From IMG/VR virus record IMGVR_UViG_3300022839_000006, positions 62,001 to 126,000 of that record: a stretch of 64,000 nucleotides of DNA. One strand, written 5' to 3'. A program made the position numbers and the translations under genes. The notes beneath the pieces are model-generated. The model was given only the letters and a program-made list of their open reading frames with translations, did no database searches and was not told the origin of the DNA. Shown here in pieces: positions 27,756-37,424 of this stretch (the first letter of the stretch is position 1; each line of letters opens with the position of its first letter).

Positions 27756-29621
27756 TCAGAACTGTTGACCGACAATTTCGTCAAATTCGACACCAGTTCT
27801 AGTTGCAACAAATGTCAGTTCGATGAAGTTGATTGATCTTGCAGGTTTGATAAAGATATTCGAGCGGAATTTATTGGCATCAATAACGTCAGCCGTGTTT
27901 ACCGTAGCATCAGAAACAACACGATAGTCGATAATGCCGCGACGGCCTTGAATATCACGGAGGAACGGATCCACAATCTGGCGGAATTGGTTCTGTGTGA
28001 ACTCATCATTGAACTCGAAAAGGAATTGTGCAGAAATTGTTGCAATTGCCTTTTCTACTGTAATGAATAGACGACGTACGTTAATCCGCGTGAATGCACT
28101 TCCAGTTGCGGTGCCTAGACCTGTCTTGTCGCCGAATAGAATTGTCCCCTGACCTGATTGTGCAATCACTGGGTTAACATCACGGCCGTAAAGTTGATCA
28201 CGCTGTGCTTTAGTTGGATTGAATGCAAGCTTGATAACATTGCGTACCCGTCCCTTACGGTAACCAGCTGGTGATTCCCACGATTCGACACGAGCACAAA
28301 GGCCTGCCATATCACCGTTTAGTGGAGTCCAGCGATACTGGTCATTGTACTTATCATAACGGTACTTATAACCACTGTCCATAAACCAATATGACGAATT
28401 CTGCATGGACGTTCTAAAGCCTATAACATTGTTCATTTTGTCCTGTTCGGAAGCAACACCAACAACATCAGTAATTTCTGGCGATATAAATGCAATGCAA
28501 TCTTTACGATATTCAGCAACATTTGAAACGATGTAGTTTGCAAGGTTAGAACCACTTACTGCTTTGCCTTGGAGAAGAAAGGAAATATCAATGTCATTTG
28601 CTTCTCTGTATAGGTCATAACCGAAAGCAATTGTACCAAGCGATACTAGGCTTTCTGATAGACTGTCGACACCAAGTGCAAAGGTCAGATATTCACGCTG
28701 CGCGGTAACAACACCAGTAGTAACGTCACCAATATTATCTTCGCCTGCTTCAATGTATGCAGATCTTTCTTCGATGTACGATCTATAAAAGATGTTCGTG
28801 CCGTCAGTTGTTTTAGTACCAGATTTAATTGCTAGGTTTTCAAACTTTTCAAGTATTTGACCAGCAGTGCCTGATACCAAGCCTGTTCTGTCAGTTACAA
28901 TGATGTGCATCTTACTAGCTTCTGGAGCTTCACCGAACGCGTCGGCATACGCCCAACGGCGCGTAACATCAGTAGGAATGTTCACCATTGTGAATCGCTC
29001 TCTAAAGATGAACGAGTGCACATATTCAAATTCAGAACCAGAAGTCGGTGTGGTGCTAAGAGTTTCAAGAGCAAGGATTTCCATGTCCTGGTAACCACTT
29101 GACGTGTCAATGCGTAGAACATCGCCTATCTTTACATTAATATCAACAAGAGCTTGGTCTGTTGTTATATCTAATGTTTGCTCTCTGAATGTGATGTCAT
29201 ATGTAGTTGCAATGCTAAACACATCTTCTGCGAAGCCACTTTCACCAATTTCGGATGTGGTGATATATGAAATTTCAATGCCGTTTGCGATGGTACCTGG
29301 GTATTTCGCCTTAAAAACAACATCGTCTGCTATATTTGAAACAGTTGCTGTACTAGCAGTATCATCTACTACACGGGTCACGTATAGAGCATTTGAATAC
29401 GAGAGGTAATCAGCAGCGGTAAAGAATGTTTCCGCATTGTGATCTGTAGGTTGGCCGAAAACATTAGCAAGTTCTATTTCTGAAGAGATTAGAACTCTTT
29501 CGTTTACAGGACCCCAGCGGAACACACCTGCGATTGCAGCTGGTAGCGTGGTGATTGCGGGAATTGTGGTAGTAAGATCAACTTCTCTTACCGTTACTGA
29601 TGGACTTACAGAAAAAACCAT
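27756..29621 (-). CDS. gp18: tail sheath protein
   Basis: SPSV.VRE.DLT, YDKYND.YRW.PLNGD.AG, RINVRRLF, FIKPARSINFI.L.FVATRTG. Confidence 0.98.
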   Translation of the reverse strand: MVFSVSPSVTVREVDLTTTIPAITTLPAAIAGVFRWGPVNERVLISSEIELANVFGQPTDHNAETFFTAADYLSYSNALYVTRVVDDTASTATVSNIADDVVFKAKYPGTIANGIEISYITTSEIGESGFAEDVFSIATTYDITFREQTLDITTDQALVDINVKIGDVLRIDTSSGYQDMEILALETLSTTPTSGSEFEYVHSFIFRERFTMVNIPTDVTRRWAYADAFGEAPEASKMHIIVTDRTGLVSGTAGQILEKFENLAIKSGTKTTDGTNIFYRSYIEERSAYIEAGEDNIGDVTTGVVTAQREYLTFALGVDSLSESLVSLGTIAFGYDLYREANDIDISFLLQGKAVSGSNLANYIVSNVAEYRKDCIAFISPEITDVVGVASEQDKMNNVIGFRTSMQNSSYWFMDSGYKYRYDKYNDQYRWTPLNGDMAGLCARVESWESPAGYRKGRVRNVIKLAFNPTKAQRDQLYGRDVNPVIAQSGQGTILFGDKTGLGTATGSAFTRINVRRLFITVEKAIATISAQFLFEFNDEFTQNQFRQIVDPFLRDIQGRRGIIDYRVVSDATVNTADVIDANKFRSNIFIKPARSINFIELTFVATRTGVEFDEIVGQQF

Positions 29622-29705
29622 TTGTTTTGTTCTCCTTTGACATAATAGCTTTATTGAACTAGTTTCACTTTAATCCTATTTATTATAATTGAGTTCTCAC
29701 ACAAT

Positions 29706-30851
29706 CTAGAGCCAGCTGTTGTACCGTACAGGCATATCATCTTCTTCTAGCTCGTCACCTATACTTACAAAGCCGAAAGGGAGTAATTCTTCCTCTATTT
29801 GTTCTTCGCTCTTTTCACGCAATTTCATCATTGTGTTGATGTCAGTCAGGTCTTTGAAGTAACCTTGATCAGTTAACCACGAAAACAGAACCAGGGTCAT
29901 AACAAGATCATCGTGTGAGCCAGATTCTGCCTCATATGATAGACCCTTCTTAGAGAATTTGGAAAGCTCTTGAATGGTGTTGAAATCTGGAACGAGCAAT
30001 TGGTTCTGCTCGATTAACATTTTTAGAATTGAACAGCCGATAGATTTTACTGATTTTGTTGTTCTGATACCTCGATCTACATTCTTACCAAAACCGCCAG
30101 AGACTCTTTTTCCCGACCGGCCTCCATTTTCTGTCATGACAAGATTTTCATATCCATAGTCAAGGAAAAGAATGTCTGATACCTGACCACCTATGTCATT
30201 GACCTCGACCATAACATGTGCTTCATTATAAAGCGTCGCAACTCTAAATATAGTAGCGGCATAATCAACAGGGCCAGTAAAATTATCTCTAAATGTACAC
30301 ACTTGCTTGTACGGCATTTGAGTTATGTCCAGAACAGAGAAAGCAGAATAATCCAAACCTTTGCCACGAGAAACATCAACTACCATTGCATATGTATGAC
30401 CAGTAACAACAGGGTCATACTGAAGCAGGCCCTCACTTTGAGTCACTGGTTTTGAATGTGCCATTTCTTTGAGTTTCTGTCCTGCGATCAAAGTACCAGA
30501 GCTGCCAAGGAATTCGCAGTTATGAGATACCATATTATTAGTATAATATTTGTGGCCGTTGCTCACTTCAAGCGCGTCGTATACATCCGCAGTTTCATTC
30601 TTATCTATAGAAAGAGTTGCTACTCTCGAATAGCCGCTCTTCGTTTTCAATCTCGATCCTATATATAAATTCTGCGCTTGTATAAACCCTGCTTCAGTCT
30701 CTATTTTATGATCCAGCGTACATTCTAATAGATTGCCGATTTCATCTACAATGGTTACTATACCGGTAGTGGTTTTTTTATACACACCGTGAAAATCCGC
30801 CCATCCACTGTCCGTTAGTATTTCATACTGGGTGTTGTTCTTTTTCGTCAT
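29706..30851 (-). CDS. gp17: terminase large subunit C-extein (nuclease domain) preceded by split-intein IntC
   Basis: ...VSHN/CEFLGSSGTLI junction; VDVSRGKGLDYSAF, EVNDIG, HDDLVM. Confidence 0.95.
   Translation of the reverse strand: MTKKNNTQYEILTDSGWADFHGVYKKTTTGIVTIVDEIGNLLECTLDHKIETEAGFIQAQNLYIGSRLKTKSGYSRVATLSIDKNETADVYDALEVSNGHKYYTNNMVSHNCEFLGSSGTLIAGQKLKEMAHSKPVTQSEGLLQYDPVVTGHTYAMVVDVSRGKGLDYSAFSVLDITQMPYKQVCTFRDNFTGPVDYAATIFRVATLYNEAHVMVEVNDIGGQVSDILFLDYGYENLVMTENGGRSGKRVSGGFGKNVDRGIRTTKSVKSIGCSILKMLIEQNQLLVPDFNTIQELSKFSKKGLSYEAESGSHDDLVMTLVLFSWLTDQGYFKDLTDINTMMKLREKSEEQIEEELLPFGFVSIGDELEEDDMPVRYNSWL
30519..30851 (-). mobile_element. split intein C-fragment (111 aa)
   Basis: Block B LECTLDH (TxxH), block F VYD..EV, block G SHN followed by Cys+1. 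Confidence 0.92.
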
Positions 30852-31035
30852 GGTAGGTCCTTTGTGGGAATGCCTTTTCTCTATGGTGTTGTTCTTATAG
30901 CAGCCGGCACCACATCACATGTTTCAGCGCGCCACAGAACGAGAAGCGGACTTCTCGTTAAATCTCCTTTATTCTTTCTTCTGGAGTCGTTCGCCGCGAT
31001 TTGTACACGTGTGTTTTCTCATCTCCATCCTATTT

Positions 31036-31043
31036 TATTTATA
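31036..31043 (-). promoter_or_regulatory. T4-type late promoter between the two terL halves
   Basis: Exact TATAAATA 11 nt after the N-half stop. Confidence 0.8.
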
Positions 31044-31054
31044 AATCAAGGAAT

Positions 31055-31942
31055 TCACAAGTGCAAATTTTCATAAAGTTCTTCTATGAAGATCGTTTTT
31101 ATCTCGCCTGTTTCTTTGTCTCTTATGGTGATTTGAGTGTTGCCCTTCACGCAGCAATATTCTTGCGCAAACTTGTCTTGGTCGTGATCAAGAGCTTCGA
31201 GAGTTTCCTGTTTCCAAGCTTCACCTCTGCCTGGGACATCATTCCACATAACACGTACAAACTCATATCCGTTGGTGCCTTCCTCTGCACCTTTACAGGT
31301 TTTCCAATAGTGGTTAATGCCATTTGGAGTTGAAGTCATTAATAATTTTGTTGTCTCGCCGGACGAAATTGTAGGATAAACAGAGGCGAAGAATTCATCG
31401 TACCCTTCGATAAACGCGACCTCGTCGAGATACAGAAACGAGATTGACTTGCCTCGAATTGCACTTGATGACGTAGTGCCTGCATATATCTTACAACCGT
31501 TTTCTAATTCTATAGAGCCTTTGTTCCACTCCTCTACGCCTTGCTGTAGCCACCTAGGGAGCGCCTCGTACGCAAGCTGAATTCTATTGAGAACTTCTCT
31601 TGCAGAGTCACCTTTATTTGCAAGGATTGCTGCTGTCTTATATTCGTTAAATAGAATATAGTGTAGAATCACGGCTGCGGCAGTTGTGGTTTTGCCACTT
31701 TGCCTTGCTGTCAACACCGCAACTCTTCTATTATCTGTAATTTTACGGACAATTTCCTCTTGGTAACCGTACATTTCAAACGGTATAAGCCCTTTGTCTA
31801 CGTGCACAATTTTTATATATGTCTTGGCAAAATATACCGGATCGTTGGCACATTTCATGTACTCTTGTAGTAATTCCGGCGTCCATTCAATTGCGGTACC
31901 AGACTTCTTGAGGTGTTGGTTTCCAAGATAACCTTCTGTCAT
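31055..31942 (-). CDS. gp17: terminase large subunit N-extein (ATPase domain) plus IntN
   Basis: YLGN..LK, RQSGKTT Walker A, YLDE.AF Walker B, STPNG. Confidence 0.96.
   Translation of the reverse strand: MTEGYLGNQHLKKSGTAIEWTPELLQEYMKCANDPVYFAKTYIKIVHVDKGLIPFEMYGYQEEIVRKITDNRRVAVLTARQSGKTTTAAAVILHYILFNEYKTAAILANKGDSAREVLNRIQLAYEALPRWLQQGVEEWNKGSIELENGCKIYAGTTSSSAIRGKSISFLYLDEVAFIEGYDEFFASVYPTISSGETTKLLMTSTPNGINHYWKTCKGAEEGTNGYEFVRVMWNDVPGRGEAWKQETLEALDHDQDKFAQEYCCVKGNTQITIRDKETGEIKTIFIEELYENLHL
31058..31153 (-). mobile_element. split intein N-fragment (32 aa)
   Basis: Block A CVKGNTQITIRD...IEELY directly after extein FAQEYC, then stop. Confidence 0.9.
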
Positions 31943-31991
31943 TATAATGCCTGCAGCGATCTTATAATATGTTCTGAGTTACAGCATTTCA

Positions 31992-32462
31992 TTAGGTTTC
32001 ACCTTTCATCATCCTCAACAGGTCAGCAGTAGATATTATCAAATTGTTATTTGTAACATTCGTCTGAGCTTGTTCTTTAGATCCAGTTAGTTCTTCTCTT
32101 TGATACTTTTTCTTCATAGACATATCTACAAAGTCTTTGTTTGCATCAAGAAGCGTTTTCATCAGGCCGGATGCAACTTCAAACGCTCTTGGAGACTCTG
32201 ATTGCTTAGCAAGCTCAATCATTTCTTTAAGAGATTCGTCGCCCTTCTCTATAATATTTTTGATGTTTGATCTTGCCTGTTCGATGTCTCTATATGTCTC
32301 GTCCGCTTCTACATTGACAGGAACCACTATGTTGGAGGTGTCATCAATCAATATAGGCAGTACGTCTGAGTCGTCAGTAGGTGCGGAGCGCTCGTCAGCT
32401 AGAGCATCACCCATTGGCCTTAGTCCAAGTGCAGCATCTATTGGGTTCTCATTCATCTTCAT
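31992..32462 (-). CDS. gp16: terminase small subunit
   Basis: ELAKQSESPRAFEV, NVTNNNL..STADL. Confidence 0.92.
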   Translation of the reverse strand: MKMNENPIDAALGLRPMGDALADERSAPTDDSDVLPILIDDTSNIVVPVNVEADETYRDIEQARSNIKNIIEKGDESLKEMIELAKQSESPRAFEVASGLMKTLLDANKDFVDMSMKKKYQREELTGSKEQAQTNVTNNNLIISTADLLRMMKGET

Positions 32463-33249
32463 AGTCCTTCACCAATGGCACCACACCCCAGTCGTCATCG
32501 ATATTTATTTCATCGTATGCAATTGTTTCGTTGATGTCGGTAGTAGGTGCGCCTGCAACTGTCAGTCCTGGTTGGACTGTTACCTGACCAGAAGTTGCAA
32601 CTTCTGGTGTTACGTCGTTGTGTGTTCTAACATCGACAAATTTTACAACACCACGAGATCTCTCCGGACCAAAAAACCAACCCTTCATTGTAAATGAAAG
32701 TGTCCACATGAGCGAACGTCTCGTTTCGAAGTCTGCTTCATATAGGTCTTCTAGGGAAACAGAATTTAATATCAAAGGAATATCAATTGCTGGGAGATCG
32801 TCAATAATTCTTGCGCTAAACGTGTATTCTGGCTTGAAGAACGGAAGCAATTGTTCCAAGATTTTTGTGCCATCCTCTGCGTGCTTGGTCATAATGTAAA
32901 GAGTAAATTCTAAATTGTACGGAGCAGGAGAATACATGAACGTAGTGTCGGTTGAAGTTGATCTCAGTTTATTCAACGAATTGGTTTTACGCTGACCATC
33001 AAAAGACATGGAATTAATTTCAAACGCCATGCGAGGAAGTGATATTGCTTGTGGTCGATTCAGTCCTGGATCTTGTGTTACTCTAGCAAGAAATTTCTGG
33101 AACGGGCCATAGGCAATAGGTACTACCATAAATTGCTCTTCTTCATTGCCATTATTATCTCTTGTAACAGAGATTTTATTAAAAAGAGATCCAAATAATG
33201 CAATGTAACGGCGAGTAGAACCGTTATAGAAGTGATTTACAATTGACAT
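32449..33249 (-). CDS. gp15: tail sheath stabiliser/terminator
   Basis: FY....R.Y...FG.LFN, VP.AYGP.QKFL.R, LPRM.FE, QLLPFF.P. Confidence 0.95.
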   Translation of the reverse strand: MSIVNHFYNGSTRRYIALFGSLFNKISVTRDNNGNEEEQFMVVPIAYGPFQKFLARVTQDPGLNRPQAISLPRMAFEINSMSFDGQRKTNSLNKLRSTSTDTTFMYSPAPYNLEFTLYIMTKHAEDGTKILEQLLPFFKPEYTFSARIIDDLPAIDIPLILNSVSLEDLYEADFETRRSLMWTLSFTMKGWFFGPERSRGVVKFVDVRTHNDVTPEVATSGQVTVQPGLTVAGAPTTDINETIAYDEINIDDDWGVVPLVKDYEDE

Positions 33250-33268
33250 GTTATTATCCTATATCTTA

Positions 33269-34525
33269 TTAAAGACTTGCTATTCTTGCCTGAAAGTCTA
33301 CAAAATCAGCACTATCTGCAACCAGAGTCTTTAAATCAGTTACGCTGATAGAAGCGCCCGATTGTATTGAAGTGTCGGGGAACGTCAAATTGCCATCAAC
33401 TCCAAATTTCCAAACAGCATCAGCGACGTCTACGGTCCAATCAATTGCAGTGTCAACACTTGCAACTATTTTTCCTTTTGAACCATCAACCATCAAATCA
33501 TTACTTGTCGAATATACAGACCCGTTTAACGTTGACTGGATGCCTGAAGGAGACAGTGTCCACGTGTTTTCGTCAGTCTTAATCAGAAAAGCAATCGACT
33601 GTGAGTCTAACGGGTAATCAACGTTGCCATATTCATCTGTGACTGGAACGATTTGTGTTTCTAAAGTTAGAACTGTACTTGAATTACTATATTGTTTCAA
33701 TCTGAGCGATGAAGGGGCTACATCTCCTACAACCAACGTGTAGAATGTTCCTACTGGGCAATCGTTTTCTGTGTTGTCTGTAAGTATAACATGCGTGTTG
33801 TAGAAATAAATGATATTACCACCTTCTTCTGCATTTAACTCGTGTCCGCTATATTGACCTATGTAAGATGTATTATAATTTCCAAATGCTCCTGTCCATG
33901 CAGTAGGTTGGTATGTCCCGTCCGGGAAGGTTACACCTATTGAAGCATTAACTAAAATTTCTGCTCTATTGTAACCAAATGTGCCGACTTCAACTGCCCA
34001 CTGCGTAAATTTTACTTTATAATACTTATCATTTATCGTGTCGTGCATTACCAGGTCGGCTTTAAGAACATTAGCATCAACAGCGTGCTTTAACGCTTCT
34101 GTAAAATCGGTATAGTATCTATTTTTAACAGTGTCCAAGTTGTCATAGCCATCTGCGTTCCACTCGGTGCCCAGTGGGCTATTTCTAACCACCTGATCAT
34201 AACCAGCTTCTAATTCTGAATTGTAAATAGCGCCGGTGGCAGAGTTTCGCTTGATGGTGATGCCAGTGCCGATTGCATCACCAAGAGAAACATCCACTAC
34301 ATTGGAAAAGGATGTAGTGGTCCCCAAGCCATATCTTCCAGTCAATATAATGTGGTCTGCGTTTGATGTCAGATATCCCGTGTCGTTATCTAGTTGGCTA
34401 ACAGCAGTAACGAGGCCTCCATATGTTTCGGTAAAGTTTTGATTTATTTTTCCGAATGCATTTCTTAGAGTATCACCAGAGCCATCGTTGGCAACAGCTC
34501 CTAGATTTATTGTTTGTTTAGTCAT
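33269..34525 (-). CDS. virion structural protein with gp9/gp10-type N-terminal attachment motif
   Basis: KQTINLG..ANDGSGDTLR.AF.KIN.NF.E; TFPD.T.Q motifs. Confidence 0.75.
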   Translation of the reverse strand: MTKQTINLGAVANDGSGDTLRNAFGKINQNFTETYGGLVTAVSQLDNDTGYLTSNADHIILTGRYGLGTTTSFSNVVDVSLGDAIGTGITIKRNSATGAIYNSELEAGYDQVVRNSPLGTEWNADGYDNLDTVKNRYYTDFTEALKHAVDANVLKADLVMHDTINDKYYKVKFTQWAVEVGTFGYNRAEILVNASIGVTFPDGTYQPTAWTGAFGNYNTSYIGQYSGHELNAEEGGNIIYFYNTHVILTDNTENDCPVGTFYTLVVGDVAPSSLRLKQYSNSSTVLTLETQIVPVTDEYGNVDYPLDSQSIAFLIKTDENTWTLSPSGIQSTLNGSVYSTSNDLMVDGSKGKIVASVDTAIDWTVDVADAVWKFGVDGNLTFPDTSIQSGASISVTDLKTLVADSADFVDFQARIASL

Positions 34526-34534
34526 GATATCCTC

Positions 34535-35278
34535 TTAATTTATATCTGCTGTTAAACTGGCAGAGTCCGCTGTTAAACTGGTAGAATCTGCGGTAACTGC
34601 ATTGTTGTTTGCTGGTCTACGAATCACTTCGCTGAACGGATCTATTTCCGAGAAGTCTATAATATCATCTGCTTCTTCTTCGAAGAAGATATTCTTTGCA
34701 ATTGGGTCACTGTCATTGAGGCCAGTAAGTGTAGTGATAGTATCTGTTCTAATGCTATCAAAGAAACCGTCAATAGAAGGCGAGCCGGTTTCAAACCGCT
34801 CTCCAGAAAATTCAAACAGCTCACATTTCATATCAAAAACTTGTAATGCGCCAGTCTGGTAGAACACCGATTCGTGTTCAACAAATGCAATTTCAAAGAA
34901 CTTGCTATTAAGTGGCAAATATATAAGATCGCCTTCTTTAGGCCTCTCAATGAGAGGATTTGATCTTGTAATATATCGCTCAAAAGTTCTACGGGCAATT
35001 GTAAATGTTGCCTGATCTCGTATCTGCAAACCAAATTTACTTAGGAAGTCGCCTTCGCCTTGGAAGCCATCTACAGATTTAACATACATTTCAGCAGAAT
35101 ATGCAGCTGTGAAGATCGACAAGTCATCTTCGTTTAAAATCTGATCTACAGCTTGAAGAGACCTGGCAATATACACCATATCCAGTCCGTGAATCTGGAT
35201 GGATTCGATGACTAGATCATCGATGAGACTTTGCTCATTGAAGTTGTCATAGTTCCGAAAAAATACATTAGTCGCCAT
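34535..35278 (-). CDS. gp14: neck protein
   Basis: EQ.LI.DLV.ESI, GF.GEGD.LSKFGL, RPKEGDLIY.P. Confidence 0.95.
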   Translation of the reverse strand: MATNVFFRNYDNFNEQSLIDDLVIESIQIHGLDMVYIARSLQAVDQILNEDDLSIFTAAYSAEMYVKSVDGFQGEGDFLSKFGLQIRDQATFTIARRTFERYITRSNPLIERPKEGDLIYLPLNSKFFEIAFVEHESVFYQTGALQVFDMKCELFEFSGERFETGSPSIDGFFDSIRTDTITTLTGLNDSDPIAKNIFFEEEADDIIDFSEIDPFSEVIRRPANNNAVTADSTSLTADSASLTADIN

Positions 35279-35296
35279 ATCTTGTGCACTTTTTTG

Positions 35297-35360
35297 TTGA
35301 CATGTTTTCTATGTGTGGTATAATGGATTTATCCTCTATAGAATAAAGAGTAGGGGGGCG
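35297..35360 (+). promoter_or_regulatory. antisense sigma70 consensus promoter element
   Basis: TTGACA(35297)-16-TATAAT(35319) with extended TG, followed by ggatttatcctctatagaataaagagtagggggg; faces the gp13 3' end. Confidence 0.75.
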
Positions 35361-35368
35361 GATGAGGG

Positions 35369-36112
35369 TCATCCGATGAAGTTGAACACAAGTGGTTGCA
35401 GTGTATTAATTGCTTGTTCTTCAAGGCGAAGTCTCTCTTCACGTGCATCACTTAGGATTTGTGCTCCGTTGAATGTCACACCGCCGACAAGTTGCATATT
35501 TTCAAATTTTGTAAGGTTAAAGCCCCACTGTTCTTTTACAAGAGTGGTTGCATAATTCTGTAACCATCTGTCTCTCCAGAAGTCCGAATATAGCGTATCA
35601 TCTATAATGTCATATGCTTCCATGATAATAACCATTCCAGGGTAAAATTTCTTAGCATCAATATCAATAAAAAGTTTATCTACGTGTCTGTTATATCTGA
35701 TTAGAGGCGTGCCTACGAGCATTTCCTGAATAAACTCTAAATGTTGCATTGACATGACGTAATTTGTCAAGTTATATCCTGTGACGTCCGACAAATTATT
35801 CAACACGAACTGATACGACACATTAAACATGCCAGCCCCAGTAGATATTGAACTTGACAGATTAAAGATTCTTGTAACCCCAAGTAGTCTAGGAGATACA
35901 GAGATATAACCATTATCAATGTCTTCTTGTGTCATTGCATGCTTGAGATATATAAGTTGCGAGCCGTCGTAGTGGTAATCTCTAAAAAAACTAATTGCTT
36001 CATCAACACGATCGTCGACCTGCTCATCAGAGACGTTCACCTGAATAACAGGAGCACCGATTTTGCGAAGCAAATATTCTTTAAATTCTTCTCTGTTGCT
36101 TGGCTGAGCCAT
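35369..36112 (-). CDS. gp13: neck protein
   Basis: YLLRK.GAPVIQVNV.DEQ..DR.DEA, QWG.NL.KF..MQL.GGVT.NG; likely start MAQPS at 36112. Confidence 0.95.
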   Translation of the reverse strand: MAQPSNREEFKEYLLRKIGAPVIQVNVSDEQVDDRVDEAISFFRDYHYDGSQLIYLKHAMTQEDIDNGYISVSPRLLGVTRIFNLSSSISTGAGMFNVSYQFVLNNLSDVTGYNLTNYVMSMQHLEFIQEMLVGTPLIRYNRHVDKLFIDIDAKKFYPGMVIIMEAYDIIDDTLYSDFWRDRWLQNYATTLVKEQWGFNLTKFENMQLVGGVTFNGAQILSDAREERLRLEEQAINTLQPLVFNFIG

Positions 36113-36133
36113 TGTCCACACCCCTTTTTATTG

Positions 36134-36141
36134 TATTTATA
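36134..36141 (-). promoter_or_regulatory. T4-type late promoter TATAAATA
   Basis: Exact consensus upstream of gp13. Confidence 0.85.
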
Positions 36142-36150
36142 CAAAAGGTG

Positions 36151-36720
36151 TTATGTCGCTGAAGCATCTAGAAACAGCACTTGATCTTCCTTATAGTATT
36201 CAAGTAACACTTCAATAAAAGCGGGATCTGAAAGCAACTCATTAACATAAGGCTCGACTTTGAGCTTATGTTCATTTTCTATTGTAGAGTTGTATTTTTT
36301 CACGTCATTGATGCCCAATGCTTTAGATATATTGAGTTTGAAGTTTTTATCCATCGCAATGTATGTTGGGTTGGTAAGGTCTCTACAGAAATATGAAAGT
36401 GGCTGGTGATGAAGGTCGCCTATTGATTTGAAGTTCTTCCAATTTTTCCTTTCAAACCAAGCAGCAAAATTGTCAAATTTAAAGTTGTTATATTGCAAAT
36501 GGTGGTAGCAGACTTCAATAGTAGAACCTTTCCACCTTTCCACCACATCTCGAACAACAATTATTGCTTCATAATCGTATATTGAATCTCTTATATAATT
36601 GCCATTTTTCCAACCCATTCTCATTAGATCGTGCGAAACGCTTTTGGATGCATTCTTAGGTATATCTAACCACATCTTCCTTTCAGTGTGGTTAAGATAG
36701 CAATTGCCTGGAAAGTTCAT
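36151..36720 (-). CDS. sulfotransferase (Sulfotransfer_2-like)
   Basis: 5'-PSB-like IPKNASKS, 3'-PB-like VRD..ERW.GS, H..P..Y, terminal YY.ED. Confidence 0.72.
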   Translation of the reverse strand: MNFPGNCYLNHTERKMWLDIPKNASKSVSHDLMRMGWKNGNYIRDSIYDYEAIIVVRDVVERWKGSTIEVCYHHLQYNNFKFDNFAAWFERKNWKNFKSIGDLHHQPLSYFCRDLTNPTYIAMDKNFKLNISKALGINDVKKYNSTIENEHKLKVEPYVNELLSDPAFIEVLLEYYKEDQVLFLDASAT

Positions 36721-37424
36721 AACCCGAAGTTAGCCTTTACTGAATCGTGAACTGCGATGTAATCTGGACCAATAAAATCTTCGTCGGTCAGACTATACTC
36801 GTGGAACTCAACGTTGTCTGGTTTCAGCTTTCCTAATGTAAAACCAAGTGGTTGTAGGAACTTATAACTATCAATCAACATCCATTTAGTCAACACACAT
36901 ATAAAACTATATTCAAACTGTATTACTTTTACTTTTCCTTCTTTGAGTGTATTTTCAAACCCTTTAAACACTTTACCTTCAGCACCTTCAGTGTCAATTT
37001 TTAGATAATCAATTTGCTGAATTTGTCTACTTTCAACATACTGATCGCCTGTCATTGTGAGGCCTGTTCTGATCTCGCTATCATCAAGTTGCAAGTCAAG
37101 AATTGAAGTGCTGAGTGCGTCATAAGAAGCTTTATATCTCATGGGGATTGAGCCAGCGGAATCAGACAAACCGAAACTGTTTGGGATCATCTTGTCGTCG
37201 AGTTCAATGTTGGAAAGCATTCTTCGGTATGTATCTGGTATTACCTCGAACATATGAATATCAGCGTCCGCTTGATATTGTCTTGTCATGTTAGTCCACT
37301 CGCCGATATTTGAACCAACGTCAAAAATGGTTTTAAACTGATTTTTAAATCTTTCTTGGATCCAAGTCTCGCCGTGCTCTTGAAATTCTCTCGTTGCGTA
37401 GGATCTATCGTATACGTGTGTCAT
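36717..37424 (-). CDS. FkbM-family SAM methyltransferase
   Basis: IFDVGSNIGEW, FE..P, IDYLKIDTEGAE..V..G, IQFEY. Confidence 0.92.
   Translation of the reverse strand: MTHVYDRSYATREFQEHGETWIQERFKNQFKTIFDVGSNIGEWTNMTRQYQADADIHMFEVIPDTYRRMLSNIELDDKMIPNSFGLSDSAGSIPMRYKASYDALSTSILDLQLDDSEIRTGLTMTGDQYVESRQIQQIDYLKIDTEGAEGKVFKGFENTLKEGKVKVIQFEYSFICVLTKWMLIDSYKFLQPLGFTLGKLKPDNVEFHEYSLTDEDFIGPDYIAVHDSVKANFGL

Noticed and set aside
35313-35555. ORF MWYNGFILYRIK...
   Set aside because: Its start lies inside the -10 region of the antisense promoter and it overlaps gp13 antisense; it is a translation of the promoter motif.
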